From Camelus dromedarius (Eukaryota): a stretch of DNA of 64,000 bases. A program made the translations under genes and the position numbers. The stretch lies in NCBI RefSeq assembly GCF_036321535.1, contig NC_087437.1, positions 66,466,001-66,530,000 on the forward strand, in the 5' to 3' direction. Positions 25,130 to 39,318 of the stretch are shown one piece after another (the first letter of the stretch is position 1; each line of letters starts with the position of its first letter). The notes under the pieces are model-generated. The model was not told where the DNA came from. It saw nothing but the letters and a program-made list of their open reading frames with translations, and ran no database searches.

Positions 25130-26836
25130 AAAGACATGTCTATTTTCTGTTTTATTAATTTCGGTTACTTTTATTTCCTTTTACTTTTTTTGCAACTAAT
25201 TTGACATTATTTTTCTAATTTCTGGAAAAGGATTCTTAGTCTTATTTTTTACCTTTCCTCTTTTAATAAATGCTCTTAAGCCTACAACTGTCCATCTAAG
25301 CACCACATCAGCTGCATTCCACAAGTTGGATATATAAGTAGCATTTTTGTCATTTTTCAGTTCAAAATATTTCCTAGTTTCTATTCTGATACTTTCTCTG
25401 ATGAACAGAGTATTTATACTTGTATTTCTTAATTTCCAAACATATTGGAATTATCTTGTCATTGATTTCTAAGTTTCACTGCATTGTTATCACTTTGCCA
25501 TGACTTTGCTTCTTTGAAATGGTTGACACTTGCTTTATGACACAGTATAGTCAGTTTTTGCAAATGTTTTGTGTGTGCTTGAAGGTAATATGCATTCTGG
25601 AGTTGCTGGGTGTAACAGTCTATAAATGTCCAATAGGTCAAGTTCCTTAACTATGTATCTCAAATCTTCCATTTGTTTATTGTTTTTTTCCTCTACTTGC
25701 TATATCAATTCCTGATAGAGATTAAAATTTCCTAGCGTCATTATGGCTTTTTCTACTTCTCCTTGCTATTAAACTTTGTTTCCTACAGGTTGAAGCCATG
25801 TTATTAGGTATATTCAAATTGTGACTCATTATACCTTCCCAATGAATGAAACCTTTATCTTTATGAAATGTCCCTCTTTTTCTCTAGCAGTGCTTTCTGG
25901 CTAAGAGTCTTCTTTGTTTATAGTAATATAGTTACAGCAGCTTTCCCGTAGATGGTGTTCTGATGGTATCTTTTACTCTCATTTAACATGTAACCATTAG
26001 ATTTTATATATGTCTCTTACAAAACGGCACACAGTTGAATTACTTTTTATTCAGTCTGACAGGTTCTGACTTGACTTTGAGCATTTAATGTAATTAATGA
26101 ATCAGTGATAAACACCTACCATTTTATTCAGTGTTTTCTATTGGATCTGTTTCCTTTTTCTCTGTCCTCTTTTTGAGTGTTTTTTATTTATTCCATTTTC
26201 TTCTCTTACTTCCCATGTCATACATCTTTTTTACTATCCTTTAGGAGTTACCTGAGAGGATACAGAATGTTTGAGTCATCAATCATAATGTTAAATGATA
26301 CTTGCATCTTCCTCCTAGACGATGCCAGTGCTTTAGGGCAATTTAATCCATTTATGCCCTTTCTGACTTACATTCATATTAAAATGTGTCTAGGTATAGG
26401 TTTCTTTTAATTTTTTCTGCTTGGGGTTAAGAAGCCTTCTTAAATGTTGACCCCTTTCATCGGTTTTAGAAAGTTCACATTTTCTATGATTTCCCAACAA
26501 ATTTTTTCCCTTAGAAGTCATATTTGTTGAATCAATAGTCCATGCTCACATCCTCTTGTCCCTTCCTAAGGACTCATCTGTCCTTCCTTCTCTTCTGTAG
26601 TTTCCAACTCTTGGTCTCCTTGATTTGAGACAAATTCTTCTGCTCTTCTAAGGCATTAGTGTTCTCGTCAGCTGTGTATATTCTGCTCTTAAATCCATGC
26701 ACTGAGTTTCTCATACTGACTACTGTGTTTATAAATTCTAGAATTTCTATTTTCTTCAGATCTGCTATATTACTTTTTATCATTTCTAGTTCTATGAAAA
26801 ATTTCAGTGTTGACTTTCATCTCTTTGAACATAAAA
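25130..26836 (-). mobile_element. Ancient L1 ORF1/ORF2 fragment, resuming at about 30385
   Basis: ORF 25459..25641 is endonuclease-like; ORF 26574..26783 is ORF1 coiled-coil-like. Confidence 0.7.
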
Positions 26837-29800
26837 TGTATCTTAGCCAGCTCAGGATGCCACAACAGACTACTTTAGACTGGTTAGCTTAAACAACAGA
26901 AATATATATATATATATATATTTATTTTTTTAAATGAGAACTCAGGATTTATTCTTAACAACTTTCCTATATAACAAACAGCAATGTTGATTATATTTAT
27001 CATGTTGTACATTATATCCCCAGTACTTTATATCTTATAACTGGAAGTTAGTACCTTTTTGACTGCCTTCATCCAATCTCCTCTACTCCCCTCCCATCTC
27101 TGGTAACCACAAATCTCATCTTTTTTTAATGAGTTTGTTTGTTTTTGAAGTATAATTGACCCACAACACTGTGTTAATTTGTTATACAACACAGTGATTT
27201 GATTTTTCTATATATCTCAAAATGGTCACCATAATAAGTCTAATTATGATGTCACTATGCAAAGATATTATATAATTATTGGCTATATTCCCCAAACTGT
27301 ACCTTCCATATCTGTGACTCATTTATTTTACAATTGGAAGTTTGTACCTCTTAATCTCCCTCACCTATTTCTCGGTCCCCCACCCCCAATCTGGCAACCA
27401 CCTGTTCTCTGTATCTATGATTCTGTTTCTATATTGTTATGCTTTTTTATGTTTTGGTGGGGTTTTTTTTTGTTTTAGATTCCATATAAGTGAAATCATA
27501 CAGAATTTGTCTTTTTCTGTCTGACTTATTTCAATTAACATAACACTCTCTAGATCCATCCATATTACCACAAATGGCAAGATTTCATTCTTTTTAATGG
27601 CTGAATAATATTCTATTGTGTATACATATACCATATGTTCTTTATCCATTCATCTACTGATGGGTACCTAGGTTGCTTCCATATCTTAGCTATTGTAAAT
27701 TATGCTGCTGTGAACATAGGGAGGCATATATCTTTTCTAACTAGTATTTTCATTTTCTTCAAATAAATACCCAGGAGGGGAATTGCTGGAATATATGGTA
27801 GTTCTATTTTTAATTTCTTGAGGAATCTCTACACTGTTTTCCATTGTGGCTGCACCAATTTACATTCCCACCAACAATGCATGAGGGTTCCCCTTTTTCT
27901 ACATCCTTGCAAACATTTGTTATTTGTGGTCTGTTTGATAACAGCCATTCTGAGAGGTGTGAAGTGAAATCTCATTGCGGTTTTGATTTGCAGTCCCCTG
28001 ATGATTGGTGATGTTGCGCATCTTTTCCTGTGCCTGTTGGCCATCTTTTTCTATGCTTGTTGGCCATCCATATGTCTTCTTTGGAAAAATGTCTCTTCAG
28101 GTCTTCTGCCCAATTTTAATCGTGTTGCTTGTTTTTTTGATGTTGATGTTGAGTTATGAGTTCTTTGTATATTTTGGAATATTAACTCCTTATCAGATAT
28201 ATCATTTGCAAATGTCTCCCCCCATTCAGTAGGCTGCATTTTCATTTGGTTGATAGTTTTCTTCACTGTGTGAAAGCTTTTTAGTTTGTAGTCCCATTTG
28301 GTTATTTTGTTTTTGCTTCCCTTGCCTGAGGAGACATATCTAAAAAAAAGTATCACTAAGGCCAATGTCAAAGAGCATCCTGTCTGTGTTTTCTTTTAGA
28401 ATTTTTATGGTTTCAGTTCTTACATTTAAGTCTTTAATCACTTTGAATTTATTTTTGTGCATGGTGTGAGAAAGTAGTCCAGTTTGATTCTTTGACATGT
28501 AGCTGTTAGTTTTCCCAACACCGTTTATTGAAAATGTTGTCTTTTTTCCATTGTATACTCTTGCCTCCCTTGTCACAGAGTGACCATTTAAGTGTGGGTT
28601 CATTACTAGGCTCTCTGTTCTGTTCCACTGATCTATGTATCTGTTTTTGTGCCAGTACCATGCTGTTTTGATTACTGTAGCTTTGTAATTAGTTTGAAAT
28701 CAGGGAATGTGATACCTCCAGCTTTGTTGTCCTTGAGTCTCAAATTGTTTGGGCTATTAGAAATTTATTTTCCCACAGTTCGGGAGCCCAGAAGTCCAAA
28801 GTCAAAATGTCAGCATGGCCAGCTTCTGGGGAGGACTCTCTTCCTGGCTTGTAGATGGCTGCCTTCTTGCTATGTCCTCACAAGGCAAGAAGCAGAGAGA
28901 AAGCAAGTGCTCTGATGTCTCTTCTTATAAGAGCACTATTCCCATCATAAGGGACCCACCCTCATGATCTCATCTAATCCTTATTATCTTCATCTCCAAA
29001 AGCCATCATATTGGAAGCTAGGGCTTTGACATGAATTTTGGGTGGACACAACTAAATGGATAGCATTCCACCCCAGCCTCTCCAAATTCATGTCCTTCTC
29101 ACATACAGAATACATTCATTCCATCCCAACAACCTCAAAAGTCTTAACTCATTCAAACACCAACTCTAAAGTCTGAGGTCCAAATTCTCATCTACAAGTC
29201 ATCTAAACCAGATGTGGGTGACACTCAAGGTATGATTCATCCTGAGGCTACATTCCTCTCCAGCTGTGAACCAGATGCACTATGTGCTTCCAAAATACAG
29301 TGGTGGGGGCAGGTCTAGGATAGATATTCCCATTACAAAAGGGGGGAATCAGAAGGAAGAAAGGAGTAATGGGTCCCAAGCAAGTCTAAAGCCTAGCTAG
29401 ACAAGTTCTATTGGGTCTTAAAGCTCAAGATTAATCCCCTTTGGCTCAGTGTCTGCCTTCCAGGTCCACTGGGATGGCAGCATAGCTCCCATTGCTCTGG
29501 GGGTGGCCCCTACCTTTCTGCTCTGCCGTCCCCCATCCCCACTTCTTAGGTAGGGATCTGGTCACTGCAGATCTGCCAGGGTAGGGTCCCACAGATGGTC
29601 CCATCCTTGAAGTTCTGGGCAGAGGCTCTCTGACCTGTTGAAACTGAGGCAGTGGCTGATGAGCTCTGAACTGCTTTCAGGATTATTTTGAAGAACTGTG
29701 CACATTTGCAGCAGAATAGAACTATCATCTCACCCTGTCAAATCCAGTAAATCTGACAGTCTTCCTTCATGTCATCTTGTCTCCATCCCTTCATTTCAAA

Positions 29801-30385
29801 CTGGCAGAGCTCCTACTCTTATAATTCCATAAGCTCTTTATCAAATAGCTGTTTCAACCACACCCTCAGTGTTCCTTTTCAGAATGTACTTTCTCATTTC
29901 TTGAAATATGGATAGGCTGAGAATTTTCCAAATCTTTAAGTACTTGTTCCTTTTTGCTTAACAGTTCCTTCTTCAATTCATCTTTCTTTTCCTATTTTAC
30001 TATAAGCAGTCAGGAGGAAACAAGACTTTGCTTTAGATATCTTCCCAGCTAAGTATCCAATTCCATCGCTCAGAAGTTCTATCTAGAACACTAGAACAAA
30101 GTTCAGTCAAATTTCCAGTTTCCAATAACACGTTCCACATTTCTACCCAAGACCTCACCAGAAATGCCCTTAACATCCATATTTCTAGCCTGCACCTCAA
30201 AACTCTCCCAACTCTACTCATTATCTAGTTCCCACACATTCAGGTATTTGTTACAGCAGCACTTTACTCCTAGTACCAAAATCTATCTTAGATCAGGTTG
30301 CCATGACAAAATACCATAGATAGACTGGGTGGTTTAAACAACAAAAATTAATTTTCTCACAATTCTGGAGACTAGAAGTTCAAAG
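26837..30385 (-). mobile_element. MLT1A-type MaLR element (LTR, internal region, partial second LTR); first LTR split by an L1
   Basis: The LTR end ...TCTTAG...AGACTGG.T.G.TTAAACAACA.AAAT occurs at both about 26837 and about 30283; MaLR-internal-like sequence about 29065-30280. Confidence 0.8.
26905..28758 (-). mobile_element. 5'-truncated L1 (ORF2 end plus 3'UTR) inserted in the MLT1A LTR
   Basis: ORFs 27829..28044 and 28340..28603 are ORF2 C-terminal-like ([11 protein letters not shown]); AGAAAT duplicated at both ends. Confidence 0.88.
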
Positions 30386-31149
30386 CAGTAAGCATAGTTC
30401 TTTTTAAATCTGTCTCACCCTTCCAATATTTTTAGGTCTGTTTCTATTATCTGTACTTTCTGCTGCTACTTGTTCAAGCTGTTGTGTCTCCTCATGCAGC
30501 TGGATATGCTTGTGTTCTGGAAATTGTACATGAAAAATTGCAAAAATAAACAGATCTAGGATAATGCCAACTTTCTCTGAAGAGAATTTAAGTTTGTTTC
30601 TGACAATTTCCTTGAGGCAACAGGAATCAAGGATCTTTTTAATTCAATTTGTAGGACTGAGGTTTTTGTTTTTTGGATCACTCAGATGATTAAAAGCTCA
30701 ACTGTAGTCGATTTGAGGGCTGGTTTACTTCCAGTGAACCCTTTCTACTAGAGCATAGCCTTATGGAATCCCAGCCCAGAGGTTTACCAGGGCTTCAACC
30801 TTGTGACTCCACTTTTTGTCTCTATAGTTTTGCAAAGCTAGTGAAAGCATTACTCAGATTTTCAGCCACATTTTCTAGAATTTGCATATTCCCTAAGGAA
30901 AAAAAAAGTGCATCCAAATGCCAGACCCAACTCTGACTTTTCCTTCTCCTAGAGTTTCCCCAGAAACTCGTCACTGTTTTATTAGCTCTCCATTGTCTTC
31001 AAGCTTATTAAAAAATGTTTTAAATCAGCAGTCCATGTCTACTGCCCCTCTCCCTAAATATTATTAAATAATCTCACATCAGTCCTTTCCTCCTTTCCTC
31101 TGAGAGAAGGAAGAGGGAATAATATGTACTATGGGGCAACAAAGCATCA

Positions 31150-32385
31150 TGTTCCAGCCATTTAATAAAGTATGAAGAAGATACTCTATTAACTTTTTGG
31201 TTAATCTTCCTTGCTAAGTGTCTGTAACTAGCCTGAAAACTAGATTTTTTTTTTTGAATTATATTTTGTAACTACAATATGCTTTAAATAGTGAAAGTAA
31301 AATATATTTCATTAAAACCTAAGTATAAAATAGAAAATCATTAAAAAAAACTCCTATGGCTTGGTTTCACAGATCACCATAGACGTCATAGAACAGGTAT
31401 AATACTCAGAAGTAAATGCAGATGTATTCAAGTCACACTATGTAAGTTAATCTTATTAAATTTGCATGTAAGAAAAATGACTACCCCAACATTAAGGCTG
31501 ATTTTATCACAATAAGATAGGCAAAATGCTTTGATCTTTGAATATACATTATACAGATAGTAATATAAACATTACATGCAAATACATGGCTTATATCTTC
31601 AATGATTTCAGAGGTCACTTCATTATTAATTAAAAACAGAAGACTTTCTGCTGTAATTTACAGCCATCGTTTGGTATTTAAGAATTCTTTATCAGTTTTT
31701 CCTCTGCTTTCTTTCTTAACTGCCCCCTCATCTCAGCCTGCCTTCCATGACCTTCTGTGATTGAGACTTAAAGTCCCAGCAGATTCCACTGCAGAGCGTC
31801 TCCTGGTCACATGTGCATGGGCACACCTCAAGTGAAGGGAAGTGATTTGCGTAAGATTATATATTTAGTGGCAGAGCTGCCAACTCCCAAACCTTCTGAA
31901 TGCCAGGTTCAGGATTTCCCTTAAGCCTTCCCTAACCTGACAGCACATACTCAAGGCCAAAATAGACAATGTGCCTCTAATATAAGCGGGTAGAGGGAGA
32001 AGGTATAGGCAAATGGTTCGCTCCCTTTCCCCTTCTCATGAGAACTTTACTTTCAACGGACTCTCGAGCTCTGTTCTCCAATCATCTGATAAAGTGGTGT
32101 CAACTACATTACTAAGCAACACTACTTAAGGTAAAAATGGCCCCTGGTTGGTAATTAGCATCTGATTGGGAGGAATTATAAATACACCATTACTATCTAA
32201 TGGGAAACTAAAGCTTTGAGCTTTCCCTGAGTGTGCTGACTTATAACTGGGCATGTCCATTGGGGGGACCCTGGAAACTATGCCTATGGAATTATTACAA
32301 GAGATGCTGGTCCTGGGCCATGGAAACCAAGGCAGCTCCTGCAGCCACCCAAGAATCTCTTTGCCTTGCACCTGAGCTTTGTAAC
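31150..32385 (-). other. CFAP91: Putative non-coding terminal (3' UTR) exon of CFAP91; 3' end uncertain
   Basis: The donor right after the stop needs a downstream acceptor; candidate cattaacccccag|G at 32385; repeat-poor sequence; minus-strand ATTAAA at 31166-31161. Confidence 0.4.
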
Positions 32386-32987
32386 CTGGGGGTTAATGAC
32401 AATAGTGATGTGGTCTTCTGTGTGGATATGGTGAGAGCTCCCAAGGAAAGAGAAACATCTGTGCTGCCCTGCTGGGAGCTGTGGTTCCTGTCTTTATCTG
32501 AGTAGACTGATACTCAAATCATATGAAATATGGCCTATGTTAGTATTGTGAGTGAATATTTGGTTGAGCCTAAGACTAACCCTTGGTGCACAATGCAGAG
32601 GCATCAGGGCTAGAACTGGACAGGCTGTGACTTGTTCTATAATTATAATTAGGGGTACCTTGTCTACCTCCCTAAGAACAAGCTTTGTTTATAACAGTGA
32701 CACATTTTGCAGCTTTATTTATGATGGAGTACAGTCATATGCTAAAAGAACCTATAAAAAATAGAATCCTGTGTTTTGGTCACAAGAGTCCAATTGCTGT
32801 AATAGCAACTCTATTATCTAACAATTTCAACAGCCGATTCCATAACATAGATGAAACGTGCCAGCATAAATGCCAGTTTGTTAAACAATGGGCCATCTTC
32901 ACATTGATTGTTTGCACACCGCACAAAACTGAATGACGCTGCCTGTCCTCCTCTCTGCTTCCTTCCATATGAAAAACCAAGCTCACC

Positions 32988-33127
32988 TTAGCTGTCTTGA
33001 GCTCCCTCAAGTAGCTCAGTGTCTGATTCTTGCTGTTGCTCAACAAAATCCTCCTCAAGCATGGCTTCTGTGTGCTGGTGGACGATCTCATGGGCTGCGA
33101 GGATGTGCTTCCGCTGAGCGGTCCTCA
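32988..33127 (-). CDS. CFAP91: CFAP91 last coding exon (RTAQRKHILAAHEIVH...GAQDS-stop)
   Basis: Inside ORF 32988..33188; ggcacag| acceptor; TAA at 32990-32988 followed by G|gtgagc. Confidence 0.93.
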
Positions 33128-33749
33128 CTGTGCCAAAGGGACAGGAGAATTTTTCACTCTGAACAAAGTCATTTCCAAAGGTTTTCAAGAGTAGTGACAG
33201 AAATGATCATTTTTCAAACTACATATTCTCTCGCTTGAGGCTGATTGGATTAAATAAAAATTACCTGCTCTCTGTTTTAGAAGGACACGTTCTTAAAGTA
33301 CCTAAACCCAAACCTTACTGTTGCTGCTCCCCCGGTTCCCACTCTCCGTTCAGTCTGCTCCTACTCCTCCCCACCAGGGTTGCTTCCATTCCACAGCCTC
33401 CCTTGCCTGGAATGCCTGCACTCCACGTCCTGCCCTTCAGCAAAGCCCAGCCCACGTCCCAGCTCCTCCAGGAAGTCTCCTCCGGCTGGGTCTGCCCACA
33501 TTTACCACTGCCACTCTTGAGTTTGGAAAAACCCATTCAGCAATGAAGCACTTCATGCGAGTTGCATTTTGTTTTTACCTAGATCGTGAATGACTTAAAG
33601 GTAAAGACCTTGTCTCTCACTTCTCTTGAGCCTTGGTCCCTAACATAGAGGGTACTTGCTGACTGATGATGAGCTTCTGAGCTCACAGCTTTAGAAATGG
33701 GTCCTGGCTCCATATTCTACAAATATTTATTATCAAGGCTTAGTACATT

Positions 33750-34200
33750 AAGCCTTGGAAAGAGGCAATCATGATGATGATGATTATCATTTGCTCTTAC
33801 TTTGTGCCAGGCACTGTTTAAGCAGGTGGCATATAAGTATTCATTTACACCACCCCAGAACCCTAAAAGTACTATTGATGCCCCCATTTTCAGATGAGGA
33901 AACAGAGGCAGAGAGAGATTAGGTAACTGGCCCAAAGTCATATAGCTAGTAAAGGACAGTAAGAAGTACTGTGGATTCTGTGCTAGTCAGCTAGTTTACA
34001 CAGGGTGAATCATAGCAGCTTATAACACTTTATGGCAGTATGGTTGAAAGAATGGGGACTTTGGAGCCACACAGACCATGGTACAATCTGTGAGTTGTAT
34101 AATGCCTCTATGCACTCTAATTTCCTTAACTGAAATATGAGTGAGATAAGGCACTTCTAAAAATGCTTGGTACGTTGTCTGGAACTTAGTAGCTACCAAA
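33750..34200. mobile_element. Two MIR fragments
   Basis: CCCCATTTTCAGATGAGGAAACAGAGGCAGAGAGAG.TTAGGTAACT.GCCCAAAGTCA core. Confidence 0.75.
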
Positions 34201-34279
34201 GTTGAAATGCATGCTATTTTCATCTATACCCAGGTCTCTTCAGGGTCATTCCCATCCACCAGCTTTTAGGAAAACGAGA

Positions 34280-37003
34280 AGCTGGTGGAGTAGGAAGACT
34301 GTGTGCTCACCTCCTCTCATGGGCATACCAAAATTACAACTATTTAGAGAGAAACTGTTGATGAGAAAGACCAGAACCTACCAGAAAAGGCCTCTACAAT
34401 GAAAGAGGTAAAGAAGGAACCGCAGCAAGGTGGCCAAGAGGGGTGGAGACGCAGCGTAGTCAAGACCCACACCCCCGCAGGCGACCTACAGACAGGAGAC
34501 TAACTACCACTGCCGAGGTTCTTCCGAGGAGTGAGGAGTCTGAGCCCACGTCAGGCTCCACAGCCCCGGGGTCCTGCACCGGTAAGAAGAGCACCCAGAA
34601 TGTTTGGCCTGGAAGGCCAGCAGGCCTTACTTTTGGGAGTCCCAGAGGCCTGTGGGAAATGGAGACTCCGCTCTTAAAGGGCACACACAAGATCATACAC
34701 CATCTGAGACCCAGGGCAAAAGCTGTGATTTGGAAGGAGCCTGGGTCAGACCCACTTGCTGATCTTGGAGAGTCTCCAGAGAGGCAGGCGGCCACTGGAG
34801 CTCAGCCCGGGGCCACAGACACTGGGGGCAGTAACTGTACAGAGGAACTCGTCCTACTACGTGGGCACTGGTGCTGGCAGGTGCTGCTGTGGAGCCCTCC
34901 CTCTAGCTTAATAGCCTCGGGGCCCCACCCTGCCCACACCCACCAGCCTGGACTGTACTAGGACCCCTCAGGACAAGTGACTAGCTGGGCAGGGACACAG
35001 CCCCACCCACGAGTGGGCAGGCTGCCTTAAGATACCCTGAGCCCACAGCCATCCCAGGACATGGTCTCACACACCAGGGCACAGGCACTAGAACTGGTAC
35101 CCCAAGGGCCCTGCAGGCAGAGACCCTGGGACCTGGCTCAAACCCCCAGTAGGCTGGCACCAGCCCCAGACCTGCTGGGCCCCAGCTCTACCCACCAGTA
35201 GGCCAACACCAGCTCTGAGACATCTTGGGCCTCTCAGCTAGCCTCCCCAGACTCAGCAGTGAGTCATCACAAGCGTTAGGATACACCAGACCTCACCTAC
35301 CAGCAGTTTGAAACATCAGCTCTGGGAACCTTGGCCCTGCAGCCGGAGACCCAGGACCCAGCTTTGCCCACCAGCAGACCTGCACCAACCCCAGAATCTG
35401 GATTCACCCACCAGTGGGAAGGCACCAGCCTTATCTCCTAGACCCTAACCCCACCCAATGGCAGATGGACACTGGCCCAAGGACCCACCACAGCCCTGCA
35501 CCTTGCCTTGTCATGACCCAGCATCAGCCCCAGGCCCTTGGGCTCTGGCCCTATCCACCAGCAAGCTGACACTAGGGCAGGGAACCCTGGCCCTGCAACC
35601 ACTCACCCCAGAACCTGGCTCTGCCCACCAGTGAGCCAGCACTAGTCGCAGCACCCACTGGACTCCTGCATCCAGCGGCATCACGACCCAGCCTGCCAAC
35701 CAGTGGCTAGCGGCCTCCACACAAGGCAGGGGCTGGCAACCAACCAGACCAGGGGCCAGCCATGCCTACCAGACTGCCCACAGTAGTCAGCCACCACAAT
35801 AGAAGGACCCACACAACCCACATCGGGGCACCCCTAGAGCACAGAGCCCTGGTGCCAGAGGGGAATGTGCTACTTGGACATATAAGACATCTCCTACAAA
35901 AGGCCACTTCTCCAAGGCTGGGAAACATAACCAACCTACCAGGTATATAGAAATAAAGACAGCAAATTAGGCGAATTGAGGTGGTAAAGGAATACATTTA
36001 AAATGAAAGAACAATATTAAAACCCCAGGAGAACTAAGTGGAGAAAGACAATCTACCCAAGAAAGAGTTGAAGGTGGTGATTATAAAGATGACGAAAGAA
36101 CTGAGGAGAAGAATGGATGAACAGAATGAGAGATTGGAAGCTTTTAACAAAGGGTTAGAAAATATAAAGAAGAACCAGAGATGAAGAATACAATACCTGA
36201 AATAAAATGTGCACTAGAAGGAATCAATAGTAGATTAAGTGATACAGAGCAACAGATCAGTGAGCTGGAAGACAGAGAGCACTGGAAATCACTAAAGCTT
36301 TAAAAGAAAAAAGAAAAAGGAATACAAAGAAACGAAGACAGTTTAAGAGACCTCTTGGACAACATCAAGCACATTGCATTATCAGGCTCCCAGAAAAAGA
36401 AGAGAACATATTTGAAAACATAATAGCTGAGAACGTCCCTAACTTGGGGAATGAAACAAATACCCACAGCCAAGAAGCATGGAGGGTCCCAAACAGGATC
36501 AACCTGAAGAGGAATTAACAGGGCAAAAATTAAAGATGAAGAGAGAATATTAAAAGCAGCAAGGGAGAAACAACAAGTTACATACAGGGGAACTCCCATA
36601 AGGCTGTCAGCTGACTTTTCAGTAGGAACTCTGCAGGCCAGAAGGGAGTAGTCAAGACATGGTTAAAGTGATAAAAGGGAAAAACCTACAACCGAGAATA
36701 CTCTACCCGGCAAGGCTTTCATTCAGATGTTGGTGAGAATGTGTTGAAAAGGGAACACTATTGTGCACTGTCAGAGGGAATATAAATTGGTGCAGCCACT
36801 AAGGGAAATGTAGGTTCCTCAAAAAATTAAAAATAGAACCACCACGTGATCCAGAAATCCCATTCCTGCATATATATCTGAAGAAAACAAAAATACTAAT
36901 TTGAAAAAATACATGCACCACAATGTTCATAGCTGAATTATTTATAATAGTCAAGACATGGAAATCACCTTAGTGAGCATCAACAGATGAATGGATAAAG
37001 ATG

Positions 37004-37036
<33 letters not shown>

Positions 37037-37500
37037 TATACACAATGGAGTATTACTCAGCCATAAACAATAAAATCTTGCCATTTGCAACAACATGGAT
37101 CAACCTAAAGGTATTGTGGTTAGTGAAGTAAGTCAGACAGAGAAAGACAACACTGTTATCACTTATATGTGGAATCAAAAGAATGAAATAAATGAATTTA
37201 ACAAAACAGAAACAGATCCACAGACACAGAAAACTAGTGGTTACCAGTGGGGAAAGGGAAGCTGAAAGGGGCAAGGTAAGGGTAGGAGATTAAGAGGTAC
37301 AAGCTACCATGTATAAAATAAATAAGCGACAAGGATGGATTGTACAACCCAGAGAATATAGCCAATACTTTATAGTAAATGTTAAATGGAGTATAATCTA
37401 TAAAAATTTTTAATCCCTGTGATACACACTGAAACTTATATATTATAAATCAACTATACCTCAATAAAATTAAAAAATAAATTCATCCAAATAAATAAAT
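34280..37500 (+). mobile_element. L1 with a long GC-rich 5'UTR and decayed ORF1, nearly all of ORF2 missing, 3'UTR and A-rich tail present
   Basis: ORF1 motifs at 36050-36727 join directly to ORF2-end sequence GTTGGTGAGAATGTG; tail at 37460-37500. Confidence 0.85.
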
Positions 37501-38687
37501 CAATAATGAGACATCTCAAAACAATCTGAATTTAGTATTACTTAATTGGGGTAGAGTATAACACAAAAGGCCCTAATGTTTGCTCCCTGTCCAGGTGGCA
37601 CTTTTTATCTGAGGACTTGCCCTGCTTGCCCACAGACAAGTCCCACTGATTCCTTTCGCTCAAGCACCCGCCCACCCCCAGTACCTTCCCCTCAGAGCCA
37701 GGAGAAGCTGGGGGCAGGGTCACAAACTAGTAACTAGTACACACAGGATTTCCCCTCTCCTTCAGTTCCCTCAGGTGGAATTGATCTGAAGCAAGTTGAC
37801 CTCACTTTGGACTGAGGAAGAGAAGAAAGGAGTTGCATATTTTCTTAAGGACCTGGGCATCAACAAGATCCCTTTTAAAATATAAGGTGACACAGAAATA
37901 TTATAGAATCTGAAAACTAAATTTTTTTGGTAGAGGCATTATCATACATATGAATTAGAATAATCTTTTGTGGGGGCCATTTGGTGGTACATCAAAATGA
38001 AAAACACTCAAACCCTATTTCCAGTATTGGACTGCTAGGAATTTACTCTCAAAGTCATGGCCAGTATATACATTGCTGTTTATAGGAAAACACACTGGAA
38101 ATAAACTAAATGCTTGTCGCTGGTTTAACAGTTAAAATTACAGTACAATCATGTCATGGGAAAATAAGACATTTCTTTGTTCTCTTCCAATGCATTAGAA
38201 CTCCACCATTCCTTTCTCCCTGGTTAGGTGATCTGAAATGTTACACTTCTCTTAAACCTGTCTAGAACTCCCTTACAAACTCTAAAACCTCCTGAGCTCT
38301 CATTTCGCTTAAACATCGATCTTCTTGTTGCACCCTTCCCGCTGGGATCAGGACTGTCAGCAGTAGTCTGACAGAACTCCAGAAGAACATTCTTTTCTTA
38401 AACACTTTTTTTTCCTTCCTTCTCTATTGATTAAAAGCATCAATCTTTAAAAACATGCCACTTTTGGCAAATAGGAAGTGAGGATTATACTGAGATTGGT
38501 CCTAGCAGGAACAGAAGATACTGTGACTCAGGCAGAGCCGCAGAGGAGATTTAGGTCTGTCAGGCATCCCAGCTTTTCAACACCTGCCTTTGCACGTGCC
38601 CTGCCTCCAAAAGGCTGCAACAGTGGGAAAACCCTGCATATTCTCTATGCTTGCTTTACGTTGAAAAAATCAAATCACAAAATATAA

Positions 38688-38945
38688 ACTTATGATTATC
38701 AAAGGGGAGAAGAAGGGGAAGGGATAAATTAGGAGTATGGGATTAACAGGTCCACACCACTCTATATAAAATAGATAAACAACAAGGACTTACTGTAGAG
38801 CACAGGGAATTATACTCAGTATCTTATAGTAACCTATAATGGAAAAGAGTTTTATGTGTACATACACATTGCTGTATACTTGAAACTAACTCAGGATTGT
38901 AAATCAACTATACTTCAATAAAATGAAACACAACAACAACAAACC
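38688..38945 (+). mobile_element. L1 3' end fragment
   Basis: GGGATAAATTAGGAGT.TGGGATTAACAG...TTGTAAATCAACTATACTTCAATAAAA; same family as 8914-9117 and 23620-24000. Confidence 0.85.
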
Positions 38946-39162
38946 CAAATATACCTCTTCTGAGAACTTGGGGACTGCCTCTTAAAGGATTTTCCTACTC
39001 TGTCAAACTTCCTGCACCCATCAGTACTAATGGTGATCATGTTCTGGAATCAGCGTCAAGAGAACTTGATAAGCTTTGAAATAAGAAAACAGTGATTCTC
39101 CTCCAGCATTTTCCCCAGACCTCTGCTCAGGTTTAAATCTCTGGAATATTGAAAACAGTTTA

Positions 39163-39318
<156 letters not shown>

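Noticed and set aside
34443..34961. 172-aa ORF
   Set aside because: Lies in the GC-rich L1 5'UTR with a GTG start; no protein-like features.
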